Assembly (NCBI GenBank): GCA_009937505.1 | Contig: JAACFJ010000006.1 | Span: forward strand, 4,923-68,922 | DNA: 64,000 bases | Origin: Gammaproteobacteria bacterium | GTDB lineage: Bacteria; Pseudomonadota; Gammaproteobacteria; Steroidobacterales; Woeseiaceae | Direction: 5' to 3' | Shown: positions 18,947-30,194 of the stretch, in pieces | Numbering within the stretch: position 1 is the stretch's first letter | Layout of the letters: the number at the start of each line of letters is the position of its first letter | Made by a program: the position numbers and the translations under genes | Notes under the pieces: model-generated | Told to the model about the DNA's origin: nothing | Database searches by the model: none | Seen by the model: only the letters and a program-made list of their open reading frames with translations

Positions 18947-21349
18947 TCAGGTCCAGGCGGGCCTGAGCCGGCCCTTGGAGTCGGGTGAATACGGCATCCA
19001 CGCGAGCGCGAGTACCGGTACATGAACGTCTGTCGTTTTCGCGCGAACGACGATCTCTTCCAGGTCCTCGGCCTGTGCATCGAAGCCAGTATCGAGCGCA
19101 TCGACTTCCTTTTCGAGCCGTTGGTTGAGCGCCTCGAGATCAGCGCGGACCTTTTCCGCCGTCTGTTTGGCGCGGGCCACGTCGGCCGCTTCCTTGCGCG
19201 CGCTGCCGGCCGTCTTGATCGCGGTGCCGACGCGGCTCGCCGACGTTGTCGAGAGCCGCTTCCGTCCGAGCACGGCACCCAGGATTGCGGTGCCGATTGA
19301 GACGGCCGTGTCCAGCGTCTTTTTACTCACCTGCTGCTGCTCGCGCGCGATTGCCTGTTGTGCCCGCATCAGGCGATTCTCGAGCGTCGTTGCCTTGCCT
19401 GCATAGCGCTTGCGTAGTTTCGCGATTGCCTGGTCGCGTTTCTCGCTGGCCAGCTCCTGCAGGCGGACGCGAAAGTCGCCCTCTGATTCGCCGGGCACAG
19501 AGGTCAGCCGGAAACGTTTGTTCCTGTAGAGGATGATTGTCTCGTTCCGGCGAACCCAGCCCTTGAACTCGCGCTGCCACGCCGTGTACCGCTTCGCGAT
19601 AGCGGCCGCCCCGGGGAGCTCAGCGAACGAGGCGCCGGGAACGGCGGCCTCACTCAGCGCTTCGACCGCCATGTCCAGCGGCTCGGCGTTGTCCCAGTCG
19701 ATAGCCACGGGACCATCTTCGATCTCGACGGTGTACAGTGCGCTGCGCTCGTCTTCGACCCGGTAACGCGCGTTCGAAAAGACAAGGCTGGCGCCACCGA
19801 CCAGGCGCGGAAAATAGGTCACATCCTCCGCCCCTCCCGGCACGAAGTATTGGTCGATAGCGGGCGGCAGCGCGGGCGCGTCCGAGCTGCCCTTCTGTTT
19901 CGGTTTCGCGGCCCCTGCCGGGCTCGTGGCAGCAGCCTTCTGCGCATCGCCCATGAGCGTGCGAATATGGTCCCGGGTCATCGGGCCTGCGAGGTAGGAC
20001 ATGACCCAGCGGGTCCCGAACACGACGGGCGCGTCCTCGTGCACGTTGTGCAGCAGGAAGCGGCGTTTGCCGAGGCCGGCAAGCGTTCGCTCCATCGCCT
20101 GCTTGTCGAAGTCGCCCTGGCTTGCGCCTTCGAGACCTTCCATAACCCTGGCCTTGTCGCGCTCCGTCTGCAGCCGCCCGATGAACCAGGTGCCGGTGTT
20201 TGACAGGCCCTTGTAATCGAGATCGACCGGGTTCTGCGTCGCGAGCACCAGCCCGAGGCCATACGCGCGTGCTTGTTTCAGCAAGGTCAGGAACAGCAAC
20301 TTGGATGGCGGATTGGCAACCGGCGGCATGAAGCCGAATATCTCGTCCATGTACAGGATCGCGCGCAGGCTGGAGGTGCCCTGCTGCGCCCGCATCCAGG
20401 CGATGATCTCGTTCAGCAGCATCGACACGAAGAACATCCGCGACGCGTCGTCCAGGTGTGCAATGGACATGACCGAAATGCGCGGCTTGCCTTCGGCGGT
20501 GTAGAGCAGGTTTTTCGCGCTCAGTGGTTCGCCCTGCATCCAGGCTTCGAAGCCGGGTGCCGCCAGCAGGTTGTTGAGCCGCATCGCGAGCGCGAAGCGG
20601 TCCTTCTCCGGGAAAAAGGCATCGAGGCTCATGACGCCGATCGTGGTAAACGGCGGGTTCTGGATCGCGGCGATCAGCGCCGCTATGTCCAGTTCCCCGC
20701 CTTCCTGCCACGCGGCATCCAGCAGGCGGGAGATGAGTATGTGCTCGCGGCTGGCGACCGGGTCGGCATTAATGCCGAGCAGCGTCAGGATGCCGGTCGC
20801 TGTTGCCTGCACGCGCTCGCGGTACAGGTCGAGGTCATCCATGAGCGCCGCTTCAGGCGCTGAAAATGATTTCAGTACGGAAACGGGGAGCCCGGCATTG
20901 CTGCCCGGCGTGTAGATGGCCATGTCGACGTTGTTGCGCAGCTGGGCGATGCGCTTGCCCGACTGGCCCCACTTGCCGAGGCCCTTCTTCCACAAGGCTG
21001 CTTGAGCCGCGGCGTAGTCGTCGACGGTTTGTCCCTGGTCGCTGGCGCTGCGCGGGTTTACCCATGGGCGGAAATCGGTGGGCGCCAGCTTCGGGAACGT
21101 CAGCAGCAGGTTACCCATGTCGCCCTTGGGATCGATGGCGATGACCGGGATGTGATCCAGGGCAGCCTCTTCCAGCAGGCCTATGCCGAGTCCTGTCTTG
21201 CCGGAACCCGTCATGCCGATAATCACGGCGTGGGTCGTAAGGTCCTTCGAGTCGTACAGGACGAGCTCGTCCGTGAGTGCGTCCGAGTCCGCGTCGTGAC
21301 GCTTGCCGAGATAGAAGCTGCCGAGTTTCTCGAAGTCCGGCATGGCCAT
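18947..21349 (-). CDS. HerA/FtsK-like P-loop ATPase (DUF87/helicase-HerA-type core) with a long C-terminal coiled-coil region
   Basis: The ORF is 800 aa. Walker A is GMTGSGKTG and Walker B is ILYMDEIFGF. The motif LVLATQNPVDLD is typical of HerA/VirB4-like ATPases. The C-terminal roughly 250 aa are rich in heptad-like charged repeats. Confidence 0.7.
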   Translation of the reverse strand: MAMPDFEKLGSFYLGKRHDADSDALTDELVLYDSKDLTTHAVIIGMTGSGKTGLGIGLLEEAALDHIPVIAIDPKGDMGNLLLTFPKLAPTDFRPWVNPRSASDQGQTVDDYAAAQAALWKKGLGKWGQSGKRIAQLRNNVDMAIYTPGSNAGLPVSVLKSFSAPEAALMDDLDLYRERVQATATGILTLLGINADPVASREHILISRLLDAAWQEGGELDIAALIAAIQNPPFTTIGVMSLDAFFPEKDRFALAMRLNNLLAAPGFEAWMQGEPLSAKNLLYTAEGKPRISVMSIAHLDDASRMFFVSMLLNEIIAWMRAQQGTSSLRAILYMDEIFGFMPPVANPPSKLLFLTLLKQARAYGLGLVLATQNPVDLDYKGLSNTGTWFIGRLQTERDKARVMEGLEGASQGDFDKQAMERTLAGLGKRRFLLHNVHEDAPVVFGTRWVMSYLAGPMTRDHIRTLMGDAQKAAATSPAGAAKPKQKGSSDAPALPPAIDQYFVPGGAEDVTYFPRLVGGASLVFSNARYRVEDERSALYTVEIEDGPVAIDWDNAEPLDMAVEALSEAAVPGASFAELPGAAAIAKRYTAWQREFKGWVRRNETIILYRNKRFRLTSVPGESEGDFRVRLQELASEKRDQAIAKLRKRYAGKATTLENRLMRAQQAIAREQQQVSKKTLDTAVSIGTAILGAVLGRKRLSTTSASRVGTAIKTAGSARKEAADVARAKQTAEKVRADLEALNQRLEKEVDALDTGFDAQAEDLEEIVVRAKTTDVHVPVLALAWMPYSPDSKGRLRPAWT

Positions 21350-21358
21350 TGCGCGTCC

Positions 21359-22909
21359 TCAGGGATAGGTGTAGCTGGAAGCGAAACCCAGCGGCAGGCC
21401 GATGGCGTAGTAAACCAGCAGGAACACCGTCCAGCAAATCAGGAACCAGACGGAATAGGGTAGCATCATTGCCGCAAGCGTCCCGATTCCCGTGTTCTTG
21501 ACGTATCGCTGGCAATAGATGACGACCAGCGGGAAATAGGGCATGAGTGGCGTAATGATGTTCGTACTGGAGTCACCAACGCGGTAAGCCGCCTGGGTCA
21601 GGTCCGGAGATATCCCAAGCGTCATCAGCATGGGTACAAAGATGGGCGCGAGCAGCCCCCACTTTCCGCTCGCGGAGCCGACGAAAATATTCACGAACGC
21701 CGTCAGTAAGACGATGCCGACGATCATGATGGCCGTGGGTAGCCCCATCGCTTTCAATAATTCCGCGCCCGAAATCGCCAGCAGTGTGCCGAGGTTCGAG
21801 ACACTGAACGCGATGACGAACTGTGCGATGAAGAACATGATCACGATGTAGTAGGCCATGTTGTGCATTGCCTTGGTCATGCCCTCGATCATGTCCCTGG
21901 TTCCGCGCATCGACCCGGACACTTTGCCGTAGATAATTCCCGGGATGATGAACAGGAAAAATATCAGTGACACAATCGACTTCATAATCGGCGCATTGTT
22001 CGTTGCAATGCCCCCCTCGGCATCGCGCCAGGCCGAATCGTCGGGATACACGCTGATGAACAGGATCACGAGGCCGAGGACCATTGCTGTCAGTGACCAT
22101 CGCAAACCTTTGCGCTCATTATCCTGCAGTTCGTGCATCTCGGGCAGGTCGTCGGCGTCACCGTCAATCTCGACGCCCTGCAGTCGGGGCTCGACAACCC
22201 GGTCAGTCAGCCACCAACCGAGCGCGACGATGAGTATCGAGGATGCGGTCGTAAAGAAATAGTTGTTGAGCGTGTTAACCGCAATGTCGGGGTCGAGCAA
22301 CCGCGCGCCTTCCTGGGTGAGGCCCTGTAGCAGCGGGTCGAGTGAGGACGGTACAAAATTTGCGGAGAAGCCCCCCGATACGCCGGCGAATGCGGCGGCT
22401 ATGCCAGCGAGCGGGTGTCGACCAGCGGCATAGAAGATGACGCCGCCCAGCGGAATAACCAGGACGTATCCGGCATCTACTGCAGCGTGACTGACGATGC
22501 CGACGATGATGACCATCGGTGTCAGCAGCCACTTGGCAGTGACATTGAGCAGCGCACGAATCGACGTGTCGATGAAACCCGCGTGCTCGGCGACGCCGAT
22601 GCCGAGCATTGCAACGAGAACGACACCTATCGGACCGAAGGTGACGAATCTCGTGACCATTGTCGACATGAACTGAACGAAAGACTCGCCGGACAACTGG
22701 TTGATGATCAGGATGCGGTCACCGGTCGCCGGGTGGAACACGTCGAATGTCACATACGAAAGCAGCCAGGACATGATCCAGACGACAAACAACAATGCGA
22801 TAAACAGTACGGCGGGATCGGGTAGTGCATTGCCGACCCGCTCGACGTTACGCAGTATGCGTGTGGTCAGGTCGGTCTTTGCCGCCTGATCCTGTTGTTG
22901 CTCTGACAT
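21359..22909 (-). CDS. AbgT family transporter (p-aminobenzoyl-glutamate/antimetabolite exporter family)
   Basis: This is a multi-pass membrane protein with an AbgT-like N-terminus (RILRNVERVGNALPDPAVLFIALL). The start was set at MSEQQQDQ. Confidence 0.85.
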   Translation of the reverse strand: MSEQQQDQAAKTDLTTRILRNVERVGNALPDPAVLFIALLFVVWIMSWLLSYVTFDVFHPATGDRILIINQLSGESFVQFMSTMVTRFVTFGPIGVVLVAMLGIGVAEHAGFIDTSIRALLNVTAKWLLTPMVIIVGIVSHAAVDAGYVLVIPLGGVIFYAAGRHPLAGIAAAFAGVSGGFSANFVPSSLDPLLQGLTQEGARLLDPDIAVNTLNNYFFTTASSILIVALGWWLTDRVVEPRLQGVEIDGDADDLPEMHELQDNERKGLRWSLTAMVLGLVILFISVYPDDSAWRDAEGGIATNNAPIMKSIVSLIFFLFIIPGIIYGKVSGSMRGTRDMIEGMTKAMHNMAYYIVIMFFIAQFVIAFSVSNLGTLLAISGAELLKAMGLPTAIMIVGIVLLTAFVNIFVGSASGKWGLLAPIFVPMLMTLGISPDLTQAAYRVGDSSTNIITPLMPYFPLVVIYCQRYVKNTGIGTLAAMMLPYSVWFLICWTVFLLVYYAIGLPLGFASSYTYP

Positions 22910-22990
22910 GGTTGTCCCCCGTTTTCCTACCTGGGTTAATCGCGGTTCGCGCACCCCCTCGAAAACGGGGGTCATAACCCCTCTAATCTT

Positions 22991-24514
<1,524 letters not shown>

Positions 24515-24746
24515 TGGGTGACTGTCCTCGGGGCCGCCCGTATCCGTGCAGGGCGGCAAAGTGTTGTTTATGGTCCAGCGCCTGCCGCGCTTGAACTTTG
24601 GTGTTCTGACGGGTTAGGCAAGTTACACAAATCAGTCTCGTAATGCCACTTGCCCGCCATGGCTGTTGTGACCGCCTTTCTGCGGTGTATTTCAGTGAAT
24701 TTCTATCTGCCGGGTACGTTGCAGAGGTTTGGCGTTGGCCTCTTCG

Positions 24747-25541
24747 TCAGTTGTCCGTCGCGATCGCTTCGTCTTCACTCTCTTTACGCCTGGTCGTGAA
24801 CAGTCGCGACATGACGATGCCGAGCTCGTACAGCAGGTAGACAGGTACGGCGAGCAACGTCTGGCTGATTATGTCCGGCGGAGTCAGGAACATGCCGACG
24901 ACGAAAGCCATCAGGAACACATACGGCCGCGCCTTGCCCAGTTTCTGGGGCGTCGTCAGCCCGGTCCAGACGACCAGCACCGTGGCGATGGGAACTTCGA
25001 AGGCGAGGCCGAAGGCGAGAAAGATCTTTGTGATGAAGTCGAGGTAGGCCGCGATGTCGGTCATCATCTCCACGCTCTGCGGGGTGACAGACGCGAAAAA
25101 ACCGAACACGAGTTCGAATACGACGAAATACGCAAACGCGATACCGGCATAGAACAGGATGATGCTGGAGCCGAGCAGCGGGAACGCGAAACGCTTTTCT
25201 TTCCTGTAAAGGCCCGGCGCCACGAAAGCCCACACCTGGTAGAGGACGACGGGCATTGCCACGAACAGCGCAACGAAAAACGTGAGTTTGAACGGCGTCA
25301 GCAGTGGCGAAGCCACGGCTGTCGCGATCATCTTCTGCCCCGGGAGGACCTCGACGAGTGGCCTGGATACGACCACGAAGATCTTTTGAGAAAACGGCAG
25401 CAGGATAACGAACACGCCTATGACCGCGATGGAGATCCTGATCAGCCGCGAACGCAATTCGACGAGGTGCGATAACAGCGTGCCCTCGGCGAGATCGTCG
25501 TCTTGCTGCTGTTTGTCCTTGTTCGTGGTTTCGTCGCTCAC
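24747..25541 (-). CDS. tatC: Twin-arginine translocase subunit TatC
   Basis: LLSHLVELRSRLI...FLTPPD matches the six-transmembrane TatC pattern. It overlaps tatB by 4 nt. Confidence 0.95.
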   Translation of the reverse strand: MSDETTNKDKQQQDDDLAEGTLLSHLVELRSRLIRISIAVIGVFVILLPFSQKIFVVVSRPLVEVLPGQKMIATAVASPLLTPFKLTFFVALFVAMPVVLYQVWAFVAPGLYRKEKRFAFPLLGSSIILFYAGIAFAYFVVFELVFGFFASVTPQSVEMMTDIAAYLDFITKIFLAFGLAFEVPIATVLVVWTGLTTPQKLGKARPYVFLMAFVVGMFLTPPDIISQTLLAVPVYLLYELGIVMSRLFTTRRKESEDEAIATDN

Positions 25542-25945
25542 GCCGGCTTCTCTTTCGCCTGTTCTTCAGCGTCCCCCTCGTCATCCGGCATTGCCTCGGG
25601 CTCGATGGGCGCAACGTCTTCCTCGACTTTCACGCCTGCCACCGAGGGACCCGGGTCCTTATCGTGCAGCGGGGAATACGTATCGTCATCGTGCGGGACG
25701 TGCGCTGCCGCTGGCCCGATCGTGAGGTCGTCTTTGAGCTCGTCGCCGAGCGTTTTCAGGTTTTTGAAGTTGTCGTCGAGATCCAGCTCGTCTTCGAGCT
25801 GGCGCTTCATGACGCGGGTCATGCGGCGCGCCTGGCCGATCCACGTGCCGAGTTGATTAGCAACCTTGGGCAGGCGCTGGGGACCGAGCACGACAAGCCC
25901 GATCATGAACAAAATCACGAGTTCGAAGAAACCGATGCCGGACAT
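25538..25945 (-). CDS. tatB: Twin-arginine translocase subunit TatB
   Basis: The N-terminus MSGIGFFELVILFMIGLVVLGPQRLP is followed by an acidic tail. Confidence 0.85.
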   Translation of the reverse strand: MSGIGFFELVILFMIGLVVLGPQRLPKVANQLGTWIGQARRMTRVMKRQLEDELDLDDNFKNLKTLGDELKDDLTIGPAAAHVPHDDDTYSPLHDKDPGPSVAGVKVEEDVAPIEPEAMPDDEGDAEEQAKEKPA

Positions 25946-25958
25946 GGGGCGGGGTCAA

Positions 25959-26189
25959 TCAGGTTTCTTTACGGGGCTCGTCAACCGGCGTGTTTTCAAA
26001 GTTGGCGTCTTCCTGTGAATCATCGCGAAGCTGATCTTTTTCTTCTTCCGCGTCTTTCATCGCGCCGCGAAACCCTTTGACCGCACTGCCCAGGTCGGAA
26101 CCCAGGGTACGCAGGCGCTTCGTACCGAAAACGGCAAGCACGATAACCAGGATGATCAACAGCTGCGGCCAGCTAATGTTGGCAAACAT
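25959..26189 (-). CDS. tatA: Twin-arginine translocase subunit TatA
   Basis: [41 protein letters not shown] matches TatA. An internal ATG was chosen. Confidence 0.9.
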   Translation of the reverse strand: MFANISWPQLLIILVIVLAVFGTKRLRTLGSDLGSAVKGFRGAMKDAEEEKDQLRDDSQEDANFENTPVDEPRKET

Positions 26190-26312
26190 CCGATACTCCC
26201 GGGGCAGAGCCCCTGATCCTCTCAAAAGCCCGGCTAAAACCGGGCGCGCATTATGTTCATGATACCGATGAAATGGCAATAAAACCGAACGAATATCACG
26301 TATTGGTAACGC

Positions 26313-26750
26313 TCAGCTCTCGAGCCAGAACGTAACCGGACCGTCATTTGTCAGGGTCACCTGCATATTCGCGCCGAAGCGCCCGGTCTCGACCGCAGGT
26401 AGCGTGTCACGGCAGATGCGGACCAGCTGCCGAAAATACGCTTCGCCCTTTTCGGGCGCCGCGGCCCTGGTAAAGCTGGCCCGCGTGCCTTTCTTCGTGT
26501 TGGCCGCCAGCGTGAACTGTGGCACGAGCAACAAGCCGCCGCCCTCGACGACGACGCTGCGGTTCATGCGTCCCTCGTCATCCGGAAAGACCCTGTAGGA
26601 CAGCATTCGTTCCGCCAGGCGGGCCACGTCGCGTTCGCTGTCGTCGCGGTGTACGGCCACCAGCACCAGCAGGCCACGGCCGATTTCGCCGACCGTGTCG
26701 CCGTCGACCTCGACCCTGGCATTAGTGACGCGTTGTAACAGACCGATCAT
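26313..26750 (-). CDS. dtd: D-aminoacyl-tRNA deacylase
   Basis: MIGLLQRVTNARVEV...LLVPQFTL...NDGPVTFWL matches Dtd. The product is 145 aa from the internal ATG. Confidence 0.92.
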   Translation of the reverse strand: MIGLLQRVTNARVEVDGDTVGEIGRGLLVLVAVHRDDSERDVARLAERMLSYRVFPDDEGRMNRSVVVEGGGLLLVPQFTLAANTKKGTRASFTRAAAPEKGEAYFRQLVRICRDTLPAVETGRFGANMQVTLTNDGPVTFWLES

Positions 26751-26957
26751 TTGTGCGCTGTCCCGACAGTTTTTGCCACCCGGCCCCTTTATTAATGCAT
26801 CAACCAGTAACAAAGGCCATAGCCCTCAAAAACCCGTGCGACATTGTCGGCACCGGCCGGCGGGCAAGCGGACCCCGGCGCTCCGCCGTGCTACGCGTGT
26901 CGGGCCGCCATGGATGGCGACCCGGTGTCCCACACCACCGGCAGGGCCAGGGAAGGA

Positions 26958-26990
26958 CGGGCCCCGGGCGATAGTCCGGGGCCCACTTTT
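26958..26990 (+). terminator. Orphan intrinsic-terminator-like hairpin in the dtd/TRAP intergenic region
   Basis: GGGCCCCGG-gcgatagt-CCGGGGCCC is followed by ACTTTTT on the + strand. No annotated + strand gene lies upstream of it. Confidence 0.4.
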
Positions 26991-27201
26991 TCGCCCAAAA
27001 AACCACGAAACAGATATTAAATCCCACCAAAAAGACAATAGAACAAAAGTGGGATAGTGGTTCATAAAAAAAGGATTATCTGAGACCATCGTGGGCTTTT
27101 ATTGCAAACAGACCCCGTTCCGGATAATGGCGGTGTAGTGGCGTCGTTGATAGTCCCCGCATACACTAGCCGCTGAATCAGCCTTCCGCGCGGTAAGACC
27201 G

Positions 27202-28293
27202 ATGAAAAGACGACAATTTGTGGGCAGCCTGGCGGCTGCGGCCGGCCTGGCGGCCTGCTCGAAGCAGGAAGACGGCAGCGCGGCGCAGGCGCCGTGCTCC
27301 AGTGAAGCCTTCGAATGGTCCATAGCGACTTCATGGCCACCCAAATACCCCGGTCTCGGCATCGCGGTGAACAACCTCGCGAACAGAATCGAAGCTGCGT
27401 CAGGCGGGCGGCTGAAACTCAAGGTCTACGCGGCCGGCGAACTCGTGCCGGCCTTCGAGGCATTCGATGCCGCCAGTCGAGGTATCGTCGAGATGGGGCA
27501 CGACGCGGCGTATTACCACAAGGGCAAGGTGCCGGCAGCGCAGTTCATGACGGCGATTCCCTTCGGCATGACGTTCATGGAGATGAACGCGTGGCTGTAT
27601 TACGGCGATGGGCTGAAACTCTGGCGCGAGCTGTACGAACCGCTCAACCTCGTACCGTTTCCCTGCGGCAACACCGGCGTGCAGATGGGCGGCTGGTTCA
27701 ACAAGGAGATCAATTCGATCGGGGACCTGAAGGGCCTCAAGATGCGCATTCCCGGCCTCGGTGGCGAAGTGTTCCGCCGCGCCGGCGGGACCCCGGTTAC
27801 GCTGCCGGTGTCGGAAATTTTCACCTCCCTGCAGACCGGCGCTATTGATGCGACAGAATGGGTGGGCCCCTACAATGACATTACCAACGGTTTCCATACC
27901 GTTGCCAGGTATTACTACTACCCCGGCTGGCAGGAGCCCGCGCCCGCGCTGCAGGCCTATGTCAACAGGCAGGCATGGGACTCCCTGCCCCCGGACCTGC
28001 AGTCAATTATCGAAATTTCCTGCCAGGCAATCACCACGGACATGCAGTCCGAATACACGCACGGCAATGCGGTGGCGCTGGAACAGTTGATGAAGGATCC
28101 GAACGTCGAACTGCGCCGGTTCCCGGACGACGTGCTTCAGTACCTGAAGTCGATCACGCAGGAAATAGTGGAGGAGATGGCCGCCGACGATCCGATGGCC
28201 GCGAAGATCTACAAGTCGTGGTCGTCGTTCCTCGCACAATCGATCCCGAACCAGCGGATCACGGAGCAGGCATTCCTCGCAACGCGGCTGTAA
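27202..28293 (+). CDS. TRAP transporter substrate-binding protein (DctP-type, Tat signal plus lipobox)
   Basis: MKRRQFVGSLAAAAGLAACS is followed by a DctP-family body (WPPKYPGLG...GGWFNKEI...EWVGPYND). Confidence 0.85.
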   Translation: MKRRQFVGSLAAAAGLAACSKQEDGSAAQAPCSSEAFEWSIATSWPPKYPGLGIAVNNLANRIEAASGGRLKLKVYAAGELVPAFEAFDAASRGIVEMGHDAAYYHKGKVPAAQFMTAIPFGMTFMEMNAWLYYGDGLKLWRELYEPLNLVPFPCGNTGVQMGGWFNKEINSIGDLKGLKMRIPGLGGEVFRRAGGTPVTLPVSEIFTSLQTGAIDATEWVGPYNDITNGFHTVARYYYYPGWQEPAPALQAYVNRQAWDSLPPDLQSIIEISCQAITTDMQSEYTHGNAVALEQLMKDPNVELRRFPDDVLQYLKSITQEIVEEMAADDPMAAKIYKSWSSFLAQSIPNQRITEQAFLATRL

Positions 28294-29667
28294 CTAGTTG
28301 CCGTAGATCTTGCCCGGCAGCCAGGTCACGAGCTCCGGGAAGAGAGCGAGCAGGAGCAGCGCGCCCAGCTGTATAGCCACGAACGGTATGACGCCGCGAT
28401 AGATCTGCTGCGTAGTCACGGACGGTGGCGCCACACCGCGCAAATAGAACAACGCAAACCCGAAGGGCGGCGTCAGGAAGGATGTCTGCAGGTTGATCGC
28501 GATCATCACGCCGAGCCAAACGGGATCGAGCCCCATTGCCAGCAACACGGGACCGACGATCGGGACGACAACGAACGTGATCTCGATGAAGTCGAGTACA
28601 AAGCCGAGCAGGAACATCACCAGCATCACGAGAATGACAGCGCCAACGACGCCGCCAGGAAGCGATTCGAGAATGGCGTGCACGCCGTCGTCGCCGCCGA
28701 AGCCCCGGAATACGAGCGAAAAGACCGATGCGCCGATCAGAATCAGGAACACCATGCTGCTGATCTTCAGGGTTGCCTGCATGACGTCCCTGAGGCGCGC
28801 CAGGCTTATCTCGCGCCGCGACAGCGCCAGGAGAAGCGCACCCATGCCGCCGACGCCCGCCGCCTCCGTCGGGGTAGCGATGCCTGCGAGGATCGAGCCG
28901 AGTACTGCGAATATCAGCAGCAGCGGCGGTAACAGAGCACGCAGGATCTGCACGAATGAAACGACGTCGTCCTCGCTCCGTTCGTAGGCCGGCATCAGCG
29001 CGGGTCTGAAGAACGCGGCTGCGACGAGGTAGAGAATATAGAGGACCACGAGCAACAGCCCCGGAATCAGCGCGCCGGCAAACAGGTCGCCCACCGACAC
29101 GGTCTTCGGCGAGAAGATGCCCATCTCCAGCTGCGCCTGCTGGTACGCACTCGACATGACGTCTCCGAGCATTACCAGGATGATCGACGGCGGGATGATT
29201 TGACCCAGGGTGCCGGACGCGCAAATCGTGCCGGTTGCGACCTCCGGCGAGTAGCCGCGGCGCAGCATCGTCGGTAGCGACAACAGGCCCATCGTAACCA
29301 CCGTAGCGCCTACGATGCCGGTGCTGGCGGCAAGCAGCATGCCGACCAGGGTCACCGAGATGCCGAGGCCGCCGCGCAGGGCACCGAAAAGCCGGCTGAG
29401 CGTGTCGAGCAAGTCCTCGGCAATCCGGGCTCTCTCGAGCGTGACGCCCATGAACACGAACAAAGGCACGGCAACGAGCGTCTCGTTGGCCATGATGCCG
29501 AAAACCCGGTTTGGCAGACTGGACAACAGGGCGTCGTTAAAGGTGCCCGTAACGGTGCCTGCTGCGGCGAAGAGCAGTGCCGTGCCGCCAAGCGTGAAGG
29601 CGACCGGAAAACCCGCGAGCAGGACCACGATCACCGTCGCGAAAAGCAGTAGCGCCACCCACTCCAT
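28294..29667 (-). CDS. TRAP transporter large permease (DctM family)
   Basis: This is a 457-aa polytopic protein with DctM-like sequence, adjacent to the small permease with a 1-nt overlap. Confidence 0.9.
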   Translation of the reverse strand: MEWVALLLFATVIVVLLAGFPVAFTLGGTALLFAAAGTVTGTFNDALLSSLPNRVFGIMANETLVAVPLFVFMGVTLERARIAEDLLDTLSRLFGALRGGLGISVTLVGMLLAASTGIVGATVVTMGLLSLPTMLRRGYSPEVATGTICASGTLGQIIPPSIILVMLGDVMSSAYQQAQLEMGIFSPKTVSVGDLFAGALIPGLLLVVLYILYLVAAAFFRPALMPAYERSEDDVVSFVQILRALLPPLLLIFAVLGSILAGIATPTEAAGVGGMGALLLALSRREISLARLRDVMQATLKISSMVFLILIGASVFSLVFRGFGGDDGVHAILESLPGGVVGAVILVMLVMFLLGFVLDFIEITFVVVPIVGPVLLAMGLDPVWLGVMIAINLQTSFLTPPFGFALFYLRGVAPPSVTTQQIYRGVIPFVAIQLGALLLLALFPELVTWLPGKIYGN

Positions 29668-30191
29668 CAGCGACGCTCCCGGAGGGTGCTCAGGGCACGC
29701 CCCAGCATCGCAACACCCTGCAGCGCGAGCAGCAGGGGCATCAACAACAATACCGACTTGAGGATCGGCAGAAACGGATACGGCATGCCGCCGGGTTCCC
29801 GTGAAGACTCACCGAGTTGCCAGGACACTGCGACGAAATCCCAGGCCTTGTAGCCGAGAAACGCACAGAGAGGGAGCAGGAACAACAGCGTGCCGAAAAG
29901 GTCGACCCAGGCGCGGCGGCGTTTACTCATGCTGCGATAGAAGATATCGACGCGCACGTGTTCGTCTTGCTGCAACGTGTACGCAGCCCCCACCATGAAC
30001 ACGACGGCGTGCATCCAGACCACCGATTCCTGCAGCCAGATCGCGCCCGCGTCGAAGACGTAACGCATGACGACAACGACGAAGGTCACGACCACCATGA
30101 TGAGCGTCAGCCACGCGGTGAGTCGCCCGGACAGGATGCTGATCCGGTCGAGGACCGTCAGGTCGCGGTTGTCGGCCGGCGGTTCTTTCAA
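29667..30191 (-). CDS. TRAP transporter small permease (DctQ family)
   Basis: The product is 174 aa with four transmembrane helices. It lies immediately upstream of the DctM gene. Confidence 0.85.
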   Translation of the reverse strand: MKEPPADNRDLTVLDRISILSGRLTAWLTLIMVVVTFVVVVMRYVFDAGAIWLQESVVWMHAVVFMVGAAYTLQQDEHVRVDIFYRSMSKRRRAWVDLFGTLLFLLPLCAFLGYKAWDFVAVSWQLGESSREPGGMPYPFLPILKSVLLLMPLLLALQGVAMLGRALSTLRERR

Positions 30192-30194
30192 GGT

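Noticed and set aside
18947-21349. The HerA-like ATPase considered as part of an anti-phage defence island.
   Set aside because: No nuclease, Sir2, TIR, methylase or other effector gene is adjacent. No mobile-element genes or compositional break are present, and the neighbours are housekeeping or transport genes. It is kept only as an orphan ATPase of unknown role.
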